A stretch of 64,000 nt of DNA. Source: Mycobacteriales bacterium (GTDB taxonomy: Bacteria > Actinomycetota > Actinomycetes > Mycobacteriales > QHCA01). The notes below the pieces were generated by a model that worked only from the letters and a program-made list of their open reading frames with translations, was not told the origin of the DNA and ran no database searches. Below, piece by piece: positions 61,735 to 64,000 of the stretch. A program made the translations under genes and the position numbers. The DNA lies in contig JBBQNN010000002.1 in assembly GCA_038329965.1 (NCBI GenBank), positions 55,195-119,194 of the forward strand, read 5' to 3'. Each line of letters begins with the position of its first letter. The stretch's first letter is position 1.

Positions 61735-63790
61735 AGGCCGAACGATAAGGATCGGGATCGACACCGGCGGCACGTTCACCGACGTCGTGGCCCTCGACGA
61801 GGGTACCGGGGAGATGGTCACCACCAAGACACCGTCGACGCCGCACGACCCGGCGGAGGGCTTCCTGACCGGCGTGGCCAAGGTGCTCGACCTGATCGGC
61901 GCCGACGGCGAGCAGGTGTCGGCCGTCTGCCACGGCACCACGGTGGCCACCAACCTGTTGCTCACCGACGACATCGGCACCCTGGGTTTCATCACCACCG
62001 AGGGTTACGAGCACATCTTGGAGATCGCCCGGCAGTCGGTGCCCGACGGCTACGGCAACTCCTACTTCTGGGTCAAGCCGCCGCGGATCGTGCCCGCCCA
62101 CCGGGTGTGGACCGTCGGCGGCCGGCTGGACCACACCGGCGCCGAGCTGCGGCCGTTCGACGAGCACGGCGCGGTCGAGGCGGCCCACGCGCTGCGCAGG
62201 GCGGGCATCGACACGGTCGGCGTCTGCTTCCTGCACTCTTATGCCTCTGACGCGCACGAGCGGCGGATGCGCGACGTCCTCGCCCGTGAGCACCCGGCCG
62301 CCGTCGTGTCGATCTCCAGCGAGGTGCTCCGCGAGTACCGCGAGTACGAACGTTCGGTCACGACCCTGGTCGATGCCTCGGTCAAGCCCCGGGTTGCCCG
62401 CTACGTCGCCGGTATAGGCGCCCGGCTCTCCCGGGTCGCGCCGCACGCGTCGTTCTCCGTGATGAAGTCCAACGGCGGCATGCTGTCGGCCGAGGAGGTG
62501 GCCCGACAGCCGATCACCACGGTGCTGTCCGGGCCGGCCGCCGGCGCGCTGGGCGCCGGGCTGATCGCCCAGCACGCCGGCTTCGACCGCGTGCTGACCC
62601 TGGACGGCGGGGGGACCTCGACCGACGTGTCCGTCGTCGTCGCCGGTCGGCCGACGCTGACCACCGAGGGCAGCATCGGCCGCTACCCCTCCAAGATCCC
62701 GATGGTCGACGTCGTCACCGTGGGCGCCGGCGGGGGGTCGGTGGCCTGGGTGTCGCCGGAGGGCAGCCTCAAGGTCGGCCCGCGCTCGGCCGGCGCGGAC
62801 CCGGGCCCGCTCTGCTACGGCGGCGGCGGCACCGAGGTGACGGTTACCGACGCCCACCTGGCGCTCGGCCGGATCCCGCCGCACCTGCTGGGTGGCGAGA
62901 TCCCGCTGGATTCCGATGCGGCCCGCAAGGGTGTCACCACACTGGCCGTCGAGTTGGGCCTGACCGTCGAGGAGGCGGCCCGCGGCGTCCTGGAGATCTC
63001 GGCGTGGAACCAGGCCAACGCGATCCGGCAGGTGACGGTCAAGCGCGGGCTGGACGTCCGCGACTTCGCGGTCGCGACCTTCGGCGGGTCGGGCAGCCTG
63101 CTGCTGTGCCGCCTGGTCGACATCCTCGGCCTGCCGGTGGTCCTGGTGCCGCGCGACCCGGGAAACACGTCGGCCTTCGGGCTGCTCACGGTCGATGTCC
63201 GCAACGACTACGTCCAGACCGCGGTGGCCCGGCACGACAACCTCGATCCGGTACGGGTGACGACCGGCTACGCGGCCATGGAGGACCAGGCGGCTGCCGC
63301 GCTCGACCGGGAGGGGTTCGCGCGGGCCGACCACCGCTACCTCCGCAGCGCCGACCTCCGCTACACCGGCCAGGCCTTCGAGGTGCGGGTCGACGCGCCC
63401 GGGGGAGAGGTGACGGCAGAGTTCGCCGCGGCGGTGGTCGCGCTGTTCCATGACGAGCACGAGCGGCTCTACGGCTACAGCTACCGCGATCAGCCGCGGC
63501 ACGGCGTCGAGTGGGTCAACCTGCGCGTGTCCGGCGTCGGGCCGATCACCCGGCCGGTCCTGCCCGTGCTGTCGCAACGCGACGGCGGCGCCGAACGGGC
63601 GATGAGCGGCCGGCGCCAGGTGTGCTTCGACAAGTGGGTCGACACACCGGTCTACTGGCGGCCCGACCTGGCGCCCGGTGACGTGATCGAGGGACCGGCG
63701 ATCATCGAGGAGTACGGCTCCACGGTTCCGCTGCACCCGGGTTTCGGCGCGACGGTCGACCCCTACGGCAACCTCCTGGTGCGCCGGTGA
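61727..63790 (+). CDS. Hydantoinase A / oxoprolinase-family ATP-dependent hydrolase subunit
   Basis: IGIDTGGTFTDVV, LTLDGGGTSTDVS and the overall ~690 aa HyuA layout. 8-nt overlap with the CN-hydrolase gene. Confidence 0.9.
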   Translation: MGEGRTIRIGIDTGGTFTDVVALDEGTGEMVTTKTPSTPHDPAEGFLTGVAKVLDLIGADGEQVSAVCHGTTVATNLLLTDDIGTLGFITTEGYEHILEIARQSVPDGYGNSYFWVKPPRIVPAHRVWTVGGRLDHTGAELRPFDEHGAVEAAHALRRAGIDTVGVCFLHSYASDAHERRMRDVLAREHPAAVVSISSEVLREYREYERSVTTLVDASVKPRVARYVAGIGARLSRVAPHASFSVMKSNGGMLSAEEVARQPITTVLSGPAAGALGAGLIAQHAGFDRVLTLDGGGTSTDVSVVVAGRPTLTTEGSIGRYPSKIPMVDVVTVGAGGGSVAWVSPEGSLKVGPRSAGADPGPLCYGGGGTEVTVTDAHLALGRIPPHLLGGEIPLDSDAARKGVTTLAVELGLTVEEAARGVLEISAWNQANAIRQVTVKRGLDVRDFAVATFGGSGSLLLCRLVDILGLPVVLVPRDPGNTSAFGLLTVDVRNDYVQTAVARHDNLDPVRVTTGYAAMEDQAAAALDREGFARADHRYLRSADLRYTGQAFEVRVDAPGGEVTAEFAAAVVALFHDEHERLYGYSYRDQPRHGVEWVNLRVSGVGPITRPVLPVLSQRDGGAERAMSGRRQVCFDKWVDTPVYWRPDLAPGDVIEGPAIIEEYGSTVPLHPGFGATVDPYGNLLVRR

Positions 63791-64000
63791 CCGCCGACCC
63801 GGTGCTGGTCGAGATCGTCGAGGGGACGCTGGCCTCGGTCGAGCGAGAGGTGGAGACCGCCATCGCCCGGACGGCCCGCTCGCCGATGATCCGGGACGCC
63901 CACGACTTCCGGGCCGGCATCCACGACCGAAAGCTGCGCAAGCTCACCGGGCGGTCGTACTCAGCACTCGTCCATCCGGTGGCCCGCGACTTCCCGCTCG
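63787..64000 (+). CDS. Hydantoinase B / oxoprolinase-family subunit (3' end cut by window edge)
   Basis: GTGA overlap with hyuA-like stop. DPVLVEIVEGTLASVEREVETAIARTARSPMIRDAHDF is a typical HyuB N-terminus. Confidence 0.85.
   Translation, partial: MTADPVLVEIVEGTLASVEREVETAIARTARSPMIRDAHDFRAGIHDRKLRKLTGRSYSALVHPVARDFPL

Overview
Very high-GC actinobacterial chromosome segment (GC judged by eye, not computed) that is almost entirely coding. Most of it is the conserved actinobacterial core backbone in Mycobacterium/Streptomyces-like order: aroC-aroK-aroB-aroQ, pepQ-like, efp, nusB; bldD divergent from pyrR-pyrB-pyrC-carA-carB-pyrK-pyrD-pyrF; mihF-gmk-rpoZ-coaBC-metK; priA-def-fmt-rsmB-rpe; and an FMN riboswitch followed by ribD-ribE-ribBA-ribH-hisG.

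Four accessory blocks interrupt or flank this backbone:
- 2-6296: a type IV pilus assembly module with two large PilX_N-like paralogs, pilD, pilM, pilN, pilO and a PilP-position protein. It sits directly upstream of aroC.
- 28.5-34.9 kb: a stress/detox insert between metK and priA (qor/HxlR, MerR/MFS, truncated globin/OsmC, M20 peptidase).
- 46.2-50.9 kb: APH-like kinase, MHS transporter, F420 LLM oxidoreductase, VOC protein and O-methyltransferase.
- 50.9-64 kb: a putative N-heterocycle/ureide catabolic island. It holds DUF2877-FdrA-DUF1116, an NCS2 nucleobase permease, a CoxMSL-type molybdenum hydroxylase plus CoxG, a CN-hydrolase and hydantoinase A/B.

I saw no rRNA, tRNA, CRISPR array, transposase, integrase, toxin-antitoxin pair or recognisable defence system. 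The observations most worth follow-up are the 50.9-64 kb island, a short GA-rich dispersed repeat (4 copies at 3 loci, in 30-nt and 42-nt variants), the recombination-prone tandem PilX-like paralogs, and a 49-bp palindromic double MerR-type promoter. CDS ends come from the supplied ORF track, and starts were refined by homology and by 4-nt start/stop overlaps. All function calls rest on motif recognition by eye, not on database searches.
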